A DNA stretch of 46,644 bases from Candidatus Omnitrophota bacterium (GTDB taxonomy: Bacteria; Omnitrophota; Gorgyraeia; Gygaellales; Profunditerraquicolaceae), in the NCBI GenBank assembly GCA_049517335.1, contig JBEKSD010000010.1, forward strand, positions 1 through 46,644, in the 5' to 3' direction. Under the pieces are notes generated by a model. The model was not told where the DNA came from, made no database searches, and saw only the letters and a list, made by a program, of their open reading frames with translations. The translations under genes and the position numbers were made by a program. This document shows, one piece after another, positions 17,282 to 27,301 of the stretch (the first letter of the stretch is position 1; every line of letters starts with the position of its first letter).

Positions 17282-18595
17282 CTAATCGGACGCGGCCGAA
17301 CTTATAAAACCGCAAATCAAACAAAAAAGCAGGTAGGGACTAGACCAGTAGAACAACTCATACCCTCCCATACTGCAAAGGATACCGGTTAAAACGCAGA
17401 TAGAAATAAGCAGAAATTGCTTTCTGTCCTCATTTTTTATGCCCTTTAGTTTTCTCAAGCTTCGATAAATCAAGGAAGCCGTAAAAATCAAGAATCCGGT
17501 TAGGCCAGCCATACCCGTTTCTGCTAATAAAGTGAGGTACATATTGTCCGGAATCTTTACTTCATAATCAATATAGTGTAAGTGTGACTTAAGAGGGTAA
17601 AAGTTATCAAATAGGACCCGGAAATTGTTCAATCCTACTCCAAACAAGGGGTGGTTCTTTAGCATCTCTAAGGACATCTGCGTACGGATGATACGATAAT
17701 CAGAAAGTATCCCTGTTCCAGAAATACCTAGCCCCCGCAAACTAAATCGGCAAAAAGGATACGGCAAGAATTGGGCAACAATTAATATAATAAGCACGAA
17801 CATACCCATAATCAGCAGGTCTTTATATCTTTTGCTCAAGAATAAATAAAAAAGTCCAATAAATATAAGCCCTAAAAATGAACCTCGGGAAAAGGTCATG
17901 ATTAGGCAAGCGATACTAAGGATAATTGTCGCGTATCCTAATGAATTTTTCCGCCTGCAAAGAAGGATTGCGAACGGCCAGGTAAATAAAAGATATGTTG
18001 CCAAAGGCGCAGGATTAAACAACGTTGACATTGGGCGCACCACGCCTTCAATATACCTCTGGTAGAAAGGATTATGAATAAAATATTTATATATAGGGTT
18101 AAAACCGTAAATGGACTCAAAAAAACCGACCAGGGAAACTATGATACTGCTCATGCATATAGTAACGTTCAAGGAATTTATATTTTTCCACGGCCTTGTT
18201 AGTATCCTGCCTATGTAATAAACAAGGAAGAAATTTGTGGAAAGATAGAGATAAGTTTTTAATGCTATTGTTTTATTGGTTGCGTTAACCGCGCCCGGCA
18301 AGATAGATAACAAAAATACCCATAAAGGCCAATCTTTAAGACTGAATAGATTTTTGCGGTTACTGCTATCCAGCACTAATACCCCTAAAATAACCCCTAG
18401 GAATATCTTCGCATAGACCGCATACTGGTCGTGAATTGGCTGTGGGAAGAAGGAAATCCAAGCAAAAAGAAGAATAAATAAAGTATTCTCTAAATATCTA
18501 GACTCTGATGACAGAAGAATAAAATGTCCCCCGTTTTTAGTATTATTTCTATACTTTTGACCTTGGGCGTATTGTATAGGTAATGACTTTATCAC
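17282..18595 (-). CDS. O-antigen ligase/Wzy_C family membrane protein
   Basis: Multi-TM; RPMSTLFNP, TFSRGS, R....MLKNHPLFGVGLNNF, DNMYLTLLAETG. Start codon uncertain. Confidence 0.85.
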   Translation of the reverse strand: MIKSLPIQYAQGQKYRNNTKNGGHFILLSSESRYLENTLFILLFAWISFFPQPIHDQYAVYAKIFLGVILGVLVLDSSNRKNLFSLKDWPLWVFLLSILPGAVNATNKTIALKTYLYLSTNFFLVYYIGRILTRPWKNINSLNVTICMSSIIVSLVGFFESIYGFNPIYKYFIHNPFYQRYIEGVVRPMSTLFNPAPLATYLLFTWPFAILLCRRKNSLGYATIILSIACLIMTFSRGSFLGLIFIGLFYLFLSKRYKDLLIMGMFVLIILIVAQFLPYPFCRFSLRGLGISGTGILSDYRIIRTQMSLEMLKNHPLFGVGLNNFRVLFDNFYPLKSHLHYIDYEVKIPDNMYLTLLAETGMAGLTGFLIFTASLIYRSLRKLKGIKNEDRKQFLLISICVLTGILCSMGGYELFYWSSPYLLFCLICGFISSAASD

Positions 18596-18611
18596 TCAGT
18601 GCGCGCAGGCT

Positions 18612-18639
18612 ATTATATAATATAGGGCTTAAATATCAA
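18612..18639 (-). promoter_or_regulatory. Possible sigma70 promoter for the 17282-18595 gene
   Basis: On minus strand TTGATA (18639-18634) - 16 bp - TATAAT (18617-18612). Confidence 0.45.
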
Positions 18640-18735
18640 GAAGATTGGCTTAAAATAGATAGAGTTATCATCTTGTTCGGCATTCCTGAGTTTTAAATCA
18701 CGCAACCATTTGTAATATTTGCCCACTGTTAAAAT

Positions 18736-19902
18736 TTATCCTTTTACTTTTTCTTTTATGAATCGGAATGGCATATACCACAACCTGTTGTTATAATAAA
18801 ATTGAGTCTGTTTAGTATATGGATTAAGGCCGTAAAATTTAGCGAATTGTTCTTGGGGTATCTTTATAATGTATTCAATTGGTTCTCTAAACGTATCATA
18901 TAAAAGGAAATGACTGCTGAGGTATATTTTTTTTAGATTATTCATGTTCGAAATCCTAAACGCATTCTTGGCAATAAAATTACGGATAATCTTTTGCTTA
19001 AAAGATGATACGCCTAAAGCACGCTGCACCTCCGGAGGTATATTCGTTCCGAGGAAATATTTTGTCTGAGAAAGTATGAAGAATACGCAGGAGCCCATTT
19101 TTCCTTGATGCGATTCCCGTATGATATAATCCCAGTCAAAGTCGTCATATTTACGCAAAATGAGCGCGGTATCCAAGGCATATTTTAGGTTAATAATTTT
19201 GCCGAATCTTCTTTGATGCAAGGCAAGGCTAAATAAATTATCTTCCGGAGATAATATAGTTATCGTGTGGCCGGCTATTTTAATTTCTCTGAGGCGTTCC
19301 CAAAGCTGGGGCAATATAGTGCGGTTTTTTCTTTTAAAATCAAGGGCCCAATGTAAATCTATATGCATGTTTTTAGGCTCTCCCTCATCATCTTTCCAGA
19401 ATACAATATGGCATTGGTTATTTCTCCAGTATGATTCCCGTAAGCCCCCAAGATCTTTCTTGTATCCACATTTTTCTAAAGTGCTTTGCGCGCGCAACAA
19501 ATCATCCTCTCTTACGAGAAAATCCATATCCACCATTGGCCTTACAAGGGATTGCGTATATATGTCTTGAATAAAAGCCATCCCTTTTATTGGCACAAGA
19601 GAGACATTCGACTGGGTAAAAAAAGATTTTATACGTATAAATTCGCGATGTAAAACAAGACTCCGTAAGAGGCTCAGATAATAACTCGATTTTAAAAATT
19701 CTCTTATCTCTTGAGGGAGGGGGGTATCTAAATTATTTAAGATAGGACGGACAAACGGCGCAATGTCGTGTTCTAAAAGTAAGAGTCTTACTTTATTCCA
19801 ATCCAGTGAGACATTGCTTACTAAGGCGCGAATTGATTCATTTTCCGCCCCAGCCACTAACTGGCGCAGTAGGGATAGAATTAAATTTTCTTCAAGATTC
19901 AT
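18736..19902 (-). CDS. Nucleotidyltransferase family protein (NTP_transf_5-like)
   Basis: VPIKG.A....Y....RPMVDMDFLV, IDLHW, LSPED, D.ALI...FDW motifs. Confidence 0.85.
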   Translation of the reverse strand: MNLEENLILSLLRQLVAGAENESIRALVSNVSLDWNKVRLLLLEHDIAPFVRPILNNLDTPLPQEIREFLKSSYYLSLLRSLVLHREFIRIKSFFTQSNVSLVPIKGMAFIQDIYTQSLVRPMVDMDFLVREDDLLRAQSTLEKCGYKKDLGGLRESYWRNNQCHIVFWKDDEGEPKNMHIDLHWALDFKRKNRTILPQLWERLREIKIAGHTITILSPEDNLFSLALHQRRFGKIINLKYALDTALILRKYDDFDWDYIIRESHQGKMGSCVFFILSQTKYFLGTNIPPEVQRALGVSSFKQKIIRNFIAKNAFRISNMNNLKKIYLSSHFLLYDTFREPIEYIIKIPQEQFAKFYGLNPYTKQTQFYYNNRLWYMPFRFIKEKVKG

Positions 19903-20130
19903 TTTCCGACGAAATTATTTTACAGTATTAGCGCATTTTCATAATATCATGAGAAACCCGCCGGAGCAATAGCTTTTAGCCATAACCTTTATTGATAAAG
20001 TAGGCAGCGCCTATTATTTCATTGACTTTCCCTTAGGCTATATTAAACTTAAATATAGAATAAAGGCCAATGGGATATAACTATTTGCCCAAATCTTTTT
20101 ATCAATAATCACCAACAAAAAATTAGACGT

Positions 20131-21864
20131 ATGCTGCACGCTTTTGATACGAGCCGTAAGTACATAGCGTTTATAGCAAGATATAAACAATATATTCTGC
20201 CCCTTTTTGTTATCGGGTTTCTTTCTTCACTCTTCCGCGTAGCGCTTCCCTACCTTTCAAAATATTTAATTGATGCCTCTTTTTTAAAGAAAGACATGTC
20301 GGTTTTTATAAAAGTTTCCGCTGTAAGCGTTATTCTGTTTTTTACCAGCTTGATTTTTAGGGGTATAGAGGGCATTGTCAGAAACAGAATGCAAGTTCAG
20401 ATAAAATACAGGATTTCCCGTGTTTTCCTGCGTAAAATATTTATGCTCGATATGTTTTTTTTCCAGTGTTTTTCTACAGGAGAAAATATCTATCGAATCA
20501 CAGATACCGAACGGGTGAGCATTTTTCTTTCGGAGCAAGTCCCACGCGCCCTAGTTGACGGCGTATTGTTTCTGTGTATGTTGGGATTAAGTTTTTTTAT
20601 CAGCCCCTTACTTACGCTACCCCTTATTTTTCTTCTGCCACTCGCTGTATACAGGTATGTTTTTGTCTATGGTAAGCGCTGGGAAATTTTTAAAGAAATA
20701 TGGAAAACACAGGCCCGCCTGTATAAAATTATGGAAGAAATTCTTTTCCGTATTTTCATCATTAAAGCATTCAGGAATGAATTTCTCGTCAGGCAGAAAT
20801 ACATGAAAAGTCTTCTTGTTTCGCTGCGCCTCAAAGCGAAAAACGCACGGTTCTTATTAATGACTTCCCTAGGTTCCGATTTGTTTTTCCAGGGATTTTT
20901 AGGTGGGATAAGCGTATTAGGCGGATGGATGATAATAAAGGGCCGCTTAAGTTTAGGACAGTATACTGCCTTTTTGCTTTATGCCGGGCAACTTGTTTTT
21001 TTGGCCGGCTCGTTAAGCTCTTTTTTAAGCCAGATAATGCAAGACGTTTTTTCTACAAATAAATTTTTGGAAATCATGCAGATGCAACCAACTATAAAAG
21101 AAATACCGCTCGCGCATCAGATAGGCAGATTTAATAAGGGAATAGAATTTAATCGCGTAACATTCGGATATCAGCCGGATAAGCATATTTTAGAAAATTT
21201 AAGTTTTAAAATGCCCGCTGGACATTGGTACGCCTTAGTTGGGCCTTCTGGGTGCGGCAAGACAACAATTGTCAGTTTGTTACTGCGCCTCTACGATCTT
21301 GGAGGAGGTGAGATCGTCATAGATGATTACCGTCTTTCTGAGGTAGCGCTGAATTCGCTTGGTAAAAATATTGCAATTGCCCCTGCAGAGCCGTTCCTGT
21401 TCGACGGCTCTCTTAAAGATAACATTACCTGTGCAGTAAAATCTTTAAGCAAGCAAACTATTGAAGAAGCTGCAAGGGCTGCTCAAATACATGATTTTAT
21501 AATTAATTTACCTTTAAGTTATGATACTGTTATAGGAGAAAACGCCTTCCAGCTCTCCGAAGGCCAGAAACAAAAAATAGCCATAGCCCGTGCGTTAGTT
21601 AGGCAGCCTAAAATTTTGATACTTGACGAAGCAATGGCGTCTCTTGATTCTGAAAGCGAATCCCGTATTATTGAGGGAATAAGAAAACTTAACATTCCGT
21701 TGGTAATTATCATCTCCCATCGCTTATCTACAGTTATGGCTTGTGAATATGCGCGTTACATAAAAACCAAAAATACAATAGTCAGTTCTACTCCGTCTGC
21801 TCTGTTAGAGAATGACCGGGATTTCCGCGCCCTCTTTAATCCACAGATTAACAAACATGCCTAA
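20131..21864 (+). CDS. ABC exporter, fused permease/ATPase
   Basis: 6-TM N-domain; GPSGCGKT, LSEGQKQKIAIARAL, ILILDEA, ISHRLST. Confidence 0.92.
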   Translation: MLHAFDTSRKYIAFIARYKQYILPLFVIGFLSSLFRVALPYLSKYLIDASFLKKDMSVFIKVSAVSVILFFTSLIFRGIEGIVRNRMQVQIKYRISRVFLRKIFMLDMFFFQCFSTGENIYRITDTERVSIFLSEQVPRALVDGVLFLCMLGLSFFISPLLTLPLIFLLPLAVYRYVFVYGKRWEIFKEIWKTQARLYKIMEEILFRIFIIKAFRNEFLVRQKYMKSLLVSLRLKAKNARFLLMTSLGSDLFFQGFLGGISVLGGWMIIKGRLSLGQYTAFLLYAGQLVFLAGSLSSFLSQIMQDVFSTNKFLEIMQMQPTIKEIPLAHQIGRFNKGIEFNRVTFGYQPDKHILENLSFKMPAGHWYALVGPSGCGKTTIVSLLLRLYDLGGGEIVIDDYRLSEVALNSLGKNIAIAPAEPFLFDGSLKDNITCAVKSLSKQTIEEAARAAQIHDFIINLPLSYDTVIGENAFQLSEGQKQKIAIARALVRQPKILILDEAMASLDSESESRIIEGIRKLNIPLVIIISHRLSTVMACEYARYIKTKNTIVSSTPSALLENDRDFRALFNPQINKHA

Positions 21865-22993
21865 TATCAAGGTGTTATACATTATTACTAAATTAGAATT
21901 AGGAGGGGCGCAAAAACAGCTTTTATCATTAGCCGCAGCATTAGACAAAGACAAGTTCTCTCCTTATTTGTTTACTGCTGCATCCGGGCTCCTTGTTTCT
22001 GAAGCAAGCGCAATCAAAGGGCTCCACACACATTTATCCACTTTCTTAGAACGGCCATTAAACCCCATAAAAGACCTTTTTGCATTTTTTGAGATACACC
22101 GTTTTATTAAGAAAAATAAAATTAATATCGTGCATACCCATAGTTCCAAGGCCGGGATAATCGGGCGCCTTGCCGCAAGGCTAGCGGGAGTCAAGGTTAT
22201 TATACACACTGTACACGGATGGAGTTTTAACGATTTTCAAGCCCCTTTAATACGAAGGTTTTATATCCTTTTAGAAAAACTTTGCGCCAATTTTAGCAGC
22301 AAAATTATCGTAGTTTCGCAATGGGATAAATGCAGAGGCCTAAAAGAGAATATAGGCAAAGAAAATCAGTATGCGCCTATATCTTATGGTATTAATTATG
22401 AAGAATTTCAGGAAAAGAGCAGAGTGCTAAGGAAAGATTTCGGAGTTTTACCCTCTGATATATTAGTAGGAATGGTTGCCTGCTTTAAACAGCAGAAAGC
22501 TCCACAGGATTTTATAGAGCTTGCCAATTTAGTTACGGATAAGATTAAAAACGTAAAATTTATTCTGGCCGGAGACGGGGTATTACGTGCATCTCTTCAG
22601 AAATTAATCTTTCGTTATCGGTTGCAGGATAAAGTTATTCTAGCTGGATGGCACCGAGATATACCGCAAGTCTTATCCGCGTTGGATATTTTTGTGCTTA
22701 CCTCTCTCTGGGAAGGTTTCCCCATTACGGTATTGGAGGCTATGGCATCGGGAAAAGCAGTAGTGGTAACGCATACAGGCGGGATCGCTGAATTAATAAA
22801 GGACGGCGAGAACGGATTTTTGGTTAGGCCGAAAGAAACAGAAAAAATGGTAGAGAAAATAATCCGCTTGGTAAACAACGCAGATTTACGCAGAATAATG
22901 GGTGAAGAAGCCCGTCTTTCCGTTACCGGTTCTTTTTCTTTCTCCGCAATGATTACAGCCCACCAGTCACTTTATCTTAAACTCTCTCCTTAA
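21857..22993 (+). CDS. Glycosyltransferase family 4
   Basis: GGAQ, HTHSSKAG, HTVHG, SLWEGFPITVLEAMA (E-x7-E). ATG 21857 preferred over 21812. Confidence 0.93.
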   Translation: MPNIKVLYIITKLELGGAQKQLLSLAAALDKDKFSPYLFTAASGLLVSEASAIKGLHTHLSTFLERPLNPIKDLFAFFEIHRFIKKNKINIVHTHSSKAGIIGRLAARLAGVKVIIHTVHGWSFNDFQAPLIRRFYILLEKLCANFSSKIIVVSQWDKCRGLKENIGKENQYAPISYGINYEEFQEKSRVLRKDFGVLPSDILVGMVACFKQQKAPQDFIELANLVTDKIKNVKFILAGDGVLRASLQKLIFRYRLQDKVILAGWHRDIPQVLSALDIFVLTSLWEGFPITVLEAMASGKAVVVTHTGGIAELIKDGENGFLVRPKETEKMVEKIIRLVNNADLRRIMGEEARLSVTGSFSFSAMITAHQSLYLKLSP

Positions 22994-24096
22994 ATCAACA
23001 ATCCCAGTATTATCCACCAGATGAGGCTAACCTCCGGCAGGAAGAAGGTGAAGTCTATAAGATTATGCAGGAGGAATGTTATATTCGCGGTAAGTAAAGC
23101 CAGATTAATGGCTTCGGGCGCAATGCTTTTAGCGCGGGCAATGCCTTTTTTAGTTATAGTTGCTACCAACCAGATAATAGCCGCCAGGCTTACTATACCG
23201 GTTTCTGCCCAGAATTGAAGATAGCTGTTATGCGTAAAGCGGGAATAGGTAAGGTTAAAATTCCCCAGCCCTGTTCCAATTATCGGGTATTTACAGATAA
23301 CGAAAAGGGTATCTTGCCAATAGCGTAAGCGCATCAGCGTTGAGAATGTAGGATGGGTATGCGCGCCGTGGCTGAAAAAGCGCACAAATAGGGTAATTAC
23401 CATAACTAATAATATACCAGCTAGCGTGAGCAAGTTCCGTTTTTTATTTTTGCCCAGCATATAAAAATAGAAAACAAAGGCTAGGAATAAACTTAGTATC
23501 GCTCCTAATGATTGAGTCAGGATAAGTGCTGCTCCTAAAGGGAGGAGGCATAAGATATATTTTTTGCTCATCAGCGTAAGCGGGATAATCATAATCAGGA
23601 AACCGGCCAAAACATTAGGCGTAACAAACGGGAAAAATACGCGCCTGCGCCTGAGGTAATCAAGGACGAAAGTATTCGTAATGTTGTAGCTGGATGCGTA
23701 ATGTGTCAGATGAGTAAACCCGAAGAAATACTGGTATATTGCCAGAAGGCTTACGACAAGGCCGGAGAATAAAATACAGCGGATAACCCCTTGGCGTTCG
23801 GTTATTGATAAAGAAGGTATAATGGCGAGAAATAGAAGCCCTGTAGAGTAATAGCTTAATTCATAGGCACTAAGCGGTTTATTTAAAGAAAAACCAAAAG
23901 ATATTATGAGGCTAACAACCAAGAGCAGGATGAGCAGGGCTAAATGTTTGATTTTATCTCCGCTTATACCTCTCAATATTATCCAGCCGGCTAATGCCGC
24001 CAGTAAGGTGCATAGGTATAAGTAGTTTAAGGAGGGAAAAGCAACGGATGAGATAAACGGTCGGATGAATATTAGGGTTAGCAATAAAGCAAGCAT
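22990..24096 (-). CDS. O-antigen ligase/Wzy_C family membrane protein
   Basis: Multi-TM; RVFFPFVTPN, LTQS.GA, RLRYW, PIIGTGLGNF, HNSYLQFWAETG, HNLIDF. Confidence 0.88.
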   Translation of the reverse strand: MLALLLTLIFIRPFISSVAFPSLNYLYLCTLLAALAGWIILRGISGDKIKHLALLILLLVVSLIISFGFSLNKPLSAYELSYYSTGLLFLAIIPSLSITERQGVIRCILFSGLVVSLLAIYQYFFGFTHLTHYASSYNITNTFVLDYLRRRRVFFPFVTPNVLAGFLIMIIPLTLMSKKYILCLLPLGAALILTQSLGAILSLFLAFVFYFYMLGKNKKRNLLTLAGILLVMVITLFVRFFSHGAHTHPTFSTLMRLRYWQDTLFVICKYPIIGTGLGNFNLTYSRFTHNSYLQFWAETGIVSLAAIIWLVATITKKGIARAKSIAPEAINLALLTANITFLLHNLIDFTFFLPEVSLIWWIILGLLI

Positions 24097-24105
24097 TATG
24101 ATATA

Positions 24106-24134
24106 ATTGTAAACTGTAGCGGTTTAATTGTCAA
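24106..24134 (-). promoter_or_regulatory. Near-consensus sigma70 promoter for the 22990-24096 gene
   Basis: On minus strand TTGACA (24134-24129) - 17 bp - TACAAT (24111-24106). Confidence 0.7.
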
Positions 24135-24170
24135 TATTTACTGCGCATTTTAAGGAAAAAATAATAAAGT

Positions 24171-25136
24171 ATGCCTTTGGTTAGTATAGTTGTGGTCACA
24201 AATGGCGCAAGAGAGTATTGGCAGGCCTGTCTTGAGGCGCTTGCACGCCAAACATATAATACCATTGAGGTCATCTTAGTGGATAATTCGTTGCATTCCG
24301 GGCTCTCTTTGGAAGTAAAATCCAAATACCCTCACGTAGCCTACTACTCCGAAACCAGAAATCTATTTTATGCCAGCGGCCTGAATAAAGGCATATCTTT
24401 AAGTTCAGGCGATTTTTTACTCTGTATGAATGATGATGTAGTATTGACCCCTGATTTTATTTCCCGGACTGTTAAAGGGTTTGAAACAGGGTCGAAGGTA
24501 GGAATGGTAAGCGGAAAAATTTTGCGGCCCGGAGGCACTATTATAGACAGTACAGGGTTATCGTTGAGTATTTTTCGTACCGCCACTGAGCGGGGCTATA
24601 ATACTATTGATAGAGGCCGGTTTAACAAGCAGGGTTATATTTTTGGAGTCGGGGGCGCTGCGGCTTTTTACAGGAGGGCCGCACTGGAGGATGTCAAAGA
24701 GTCAGATGAATATTTTGACGCGGATTTCAGGATGTTTTATGAAGACCTTGACCTTGCCTGGAGATTGCAGCGTAAGGGCTGGAGGTGCGTTTATATCCCG
24801 GAAGCAGTGGCATACCATACAAGGGGCGCAAGCGCACGGGAGGCTAAGGGCCTGAACAAGCGGTTTGCCCGAAGATATTTGTCTGACGAATTACACTGGG
24901 ATTTAGTAAAGAACAGATACCTGGCTATGGCAAAAAACGAAACCTTAGCCGGACTTTTATTGCATCTTCCGTTCATTGTGCTCTATGATTTTTTTGCCTG
25001 GGGACTTATTTTATTTACGCGGCCGAAAATTTTCCGTAACCTACCTTCTTTATTCAGGCTGGTAATAGATGCCTTGCTGAGCCGTCAGCCTGCTCCCGTA
25101 ATCGCGGGCCAATTGAAAGGAGAGCTTAAAATATGA
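24171..25136 (+). CDS. Glycosyltransferase family 2 (WbbL/GT2-like)
   Basis: VSIVVV, ILVDN, MNDD, FD.DF.MFYEDLDLAWR. Confidence 0.92.
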   Translation: MPLVSIVVVTNGAREYWQACLEALARQTYNTIEVILVDNSLHSGLSLEVKSKYPHVAYYSETRNLFYASGLNKGISLSSGDFLLCMNDDVVLTPDFISRTVKGFETGSKVGMVSGKILRPGGTIIDSTGLSLSIFRTATERGYNTIDRGRFNKQGYIFGVGGAAAFYRRAALEDVKESDEYFDADFRMFYEDLDLAWRLQRKGWRCVYIPEAVAYHTRGASAREAKGLNKRFARRYLSDELHWDLVKNRYLAMAKNETLAGLLLHLPFIVLYDFFAWGLILFTRPKIFRNLPSLFRLVIDALLSRQPAPVIAGQLKGELKI

Positions 25137-26059
25137 ATCAGGACTTGAAAGCTTTAGTGGATAATATTGAACAGGTCATCATCGGAAAAACTGAAGCGGT
25201 GAAATTGCTTATTGTTGGGTTGCTGACGAACGGCCATATCTTGATGGAGGATGTCCCCGGAGTAGGGAAAACCACATTAAGCATGGCTCTGGCAAAATCC
25301 ATGAATGTGGATTTTAAGCGCATACAATTTACCCCCGACCTTCTTCCGACGGACATTACCGGAGGTTTTATCTATAATCCTAAGACAGGGGAGTTTGACT
25401 GTAAAAAAGGCCCGGTGTTTACCAATATCCTTCTGGCGGATGAAATTAACCGTACTACCCCGCGAACGCAATCCGCGCTCTTAGAGTGCATGCAGGAATA
25501 CAGGGTTACTCTTGACGGAAAGACCTTTGAGCTTAACCGTCCCTTTATGGTTATTGCCACTCAAAACCCTATTGAATATCAGGGGACTTATTCTTTACCT
25601 GAGGCCCAGATTGACAGGTTCCTTATGCGCCTTACTATGGGCTACCCTTCGGTAAACGAAGAGGTAAGGGTTATCTCCGGCCAGAAAGTAAAACACCCGC
25701 TGGAAAGCATAAAGCCGGTAATAGATGCAGCCGCGGTTTTAGCCTTACAGGAGAAAGTTAAAATCATACAGGCAACTGATAATATTCTTGATTATATCGT
25801 CCGGCTGGTATTTGCTACACGGCAGGACAAGGAAAATATTAAATTGGGTGCTAGCCCCCGCGCTTCCATCGCGTTAATGAGGTCTTCCTGCGCCTGGGCG
25901 CTGCTTGAAGGCAGGGATTATGTTGTTCCCGATGATGTAGTAAAGATGATTCCCTGGGTACTTAAACACAGAATAATCCTGCAGCCTAAGGCGCTTGTTG
26001 CCGGCAGAACCGCTGATTCTATTATTGCTGAGATAACTAAAAATACGCCCATTCCTTAA
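25133..26059 (+). CDS. MoxR-family AAA+ ATPase
   Basis: EDVPGVGKT, RIQFTPDLLP.D, LADEINR..PRTQSALLE, ATQNPIE..GTY.LPEAQIDRF, GASPR. Confidence 0.96.
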   Translation: MNQDLKALVDNIEQVIIGKTEAVKLLIVGLLTNGHILMEDVPGVGKTTLSMALAKSMNVDFKRIQFTPDLLPTDITGGFIYNPKTGEFDCKKGPVFTNILLADEINRTTPRTQSALLECMQEYRVTLDGKTFELNRPFMVIATQNPIEYQGTYSLPEAQIDRFLMRLTMGYPSVNEEVRVISGQKVKHPLESIKPVIDAAAVLALQEKVKIIQATDNILDYIVRLVFATRQDKENIKLGASPRASIALMRSSCAWALLEGRDYVVPDDVVKMIPWVLKHRIILQPKALVAGRTADSIIAEITKNTPIP

Positions 26060-26064
26060 AAAAT

Positions 26065-27297
26065 ATGCTCAAAGGGTATTTAAAGAAGTGGTTATTTCTT
26101 GCTCTACTTCTTTGCGCAAGTTTCGTCATTTTTTTGCGTTCAGAGGTGGAGTTTTTTTCATTCTTCTTCTGGGCAATCGCAGTAATAATAGGCTTGAGTG
26201 CTGCGTGGATGTTTATCGGGTATCATGCTTCGGGTCTTGTCTTTACGCGCCGCATCCCTTTGAAAATATATGAGGATGATACTTTACCTGTAGAGCTGCA
26301 ACTGAAGAGTAAGGGTATGTTCCCTATATTTAACCTCGTAGTTGAAGATTACCTTCCCTGTGCCTCTCCGGGAGAAGAAAATAAACGCTTACTAATTGAA
26401 TATCTGCCTCCGGGTAAGCAGATAAACTGCGCCTTTAAGGTTATTTGCAGGCAGAGAGGTAGGTATACTCTTGGCCCGGTCAAGGCCTATTTTTTTGACC
26501 CCCTCGGGCTTTTCTTTGTGCGCAGGATTTTTCGCGTACACTCCGACCTGTATGTCTATCCGCGTTATTTTAATATCGGCAAATTCCCTCCTTTAACCAA
26601 AGGAGTCCTGCCGTGGTTCGGGGTGATAACCGGTCGCAGGGGTGGAGGGGAAGATGAATTTTTTGGCACGCGCGAATATAAAAAAGGTGACCCGATTAAA
26701 TTAATACACTGGTTTTCCTCAGCGCGTAAGAATACCTTGATTGTAAAAGAATTCCAAAATCAGAATTTCTGCCGGGCGACTATAATTTTTAACCTCTCGC
26801 AGGCGGATAATTTCGGAGAAGGTAAGGAAAGCGTCGTGGAATATATGGTAAAGATTGCCGCCTCGGTCGCGAAATACCTTCTTGAGCATGATGTTACCGT
26901 TGAAATTATCGCGCACGCGGAGGAAATGGTGCACATTCCTTCTAATAAGGGCGTAGAACATTTGGAAGACATCTTTAAATTTCTCGCTGTGGCTCAGGCG
27001 CAAAGCCGGGTGACCTTGGAAGAGGTGTTTGAAGACTTTATCCGTTTTATTCCCAATGATTCCAACCTGATTATAATTATGCCGGACAGGGACTGGGAAT
27101 ACCTGCAGGGGATGCTCATGCTTTCCCAGCGCAGCGTTGCGCTGATACCACTTATATTAATATTATCAAGTTTTTTGGGAGTAGGGGAGAAAGAAAGAAT
27201 AGAAAAAAGCGTGGCCATGTGCCTTTCCGAACAATTAAATTTATGCCCTCTGCTTTTCTCGCGCGGAGATAATCTTGAGGAAGTTTTTTTACGCTGA
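26065..27297 (+). CDS. DUF58 domain membrane protein
   Basis: Two N-terminal TMs; RGRY.LGP, DPLGLF, VYP, EFFGTREY..GD...IHW..SAR...LIVKEF. Confidence 0.93.
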   Translation: MLKGYLKKWLFLALLLCASFVIFLRSEVEFFSFFFWAIAVIIGLSAAWMFIGYHASGLVFTRRIPLKIYEDDTLPVELQLKSKGMFPIFNLVVEDYLPCASPGEENKRLLIEYLPPGKQINCAFKVICRQRGRYTLGPVKAYFFDPLGLFFVRRIFRVHSDLYVYPRYFNIGKFPPLTKGVLPWFGVITGRRGGGEDEFFGTREYKKGDPIKLIHWFSSARKNTLIVKEFQNQNFCRATIIFNLSQADNFGEGKESVVEYMVKIAASVAKYLLEHDVTVEIIAHAEEMVHIPSNKGVEHLEDIFKFLAVAQAQSRVTLEEVFEDFIRFIPNDSNLIIIMPDRDWEYLQGMLMLSQRSVALIPLILILSSFLGVGEKERIEKSVAMCLSEQLNLCPLLFSRGDNLEEVFLR

Positions 27298-27301
27298 CGA
27301 T

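Noticed and set aside
18613-18726. Possible 37-aa minus-strand ORF (GTG start, MGKYYKWLRDLKLRNAEQDDNSIYFKPIFLIFKPYII) as a RiPP precursor or readthrough extension of the nucleotidyltransferase
   Set aside because: Weak RBS spacing, no lasso leader features, and it overlaps the predicted promoter of the next gene; probably chance in AT-rich DNA.
22990-22993. Convergent GT4 and ligase genes sharing a TTAA for both stop codons
   Set aside because: Real, but a common compaction feature; nothing supports a regulatory role.
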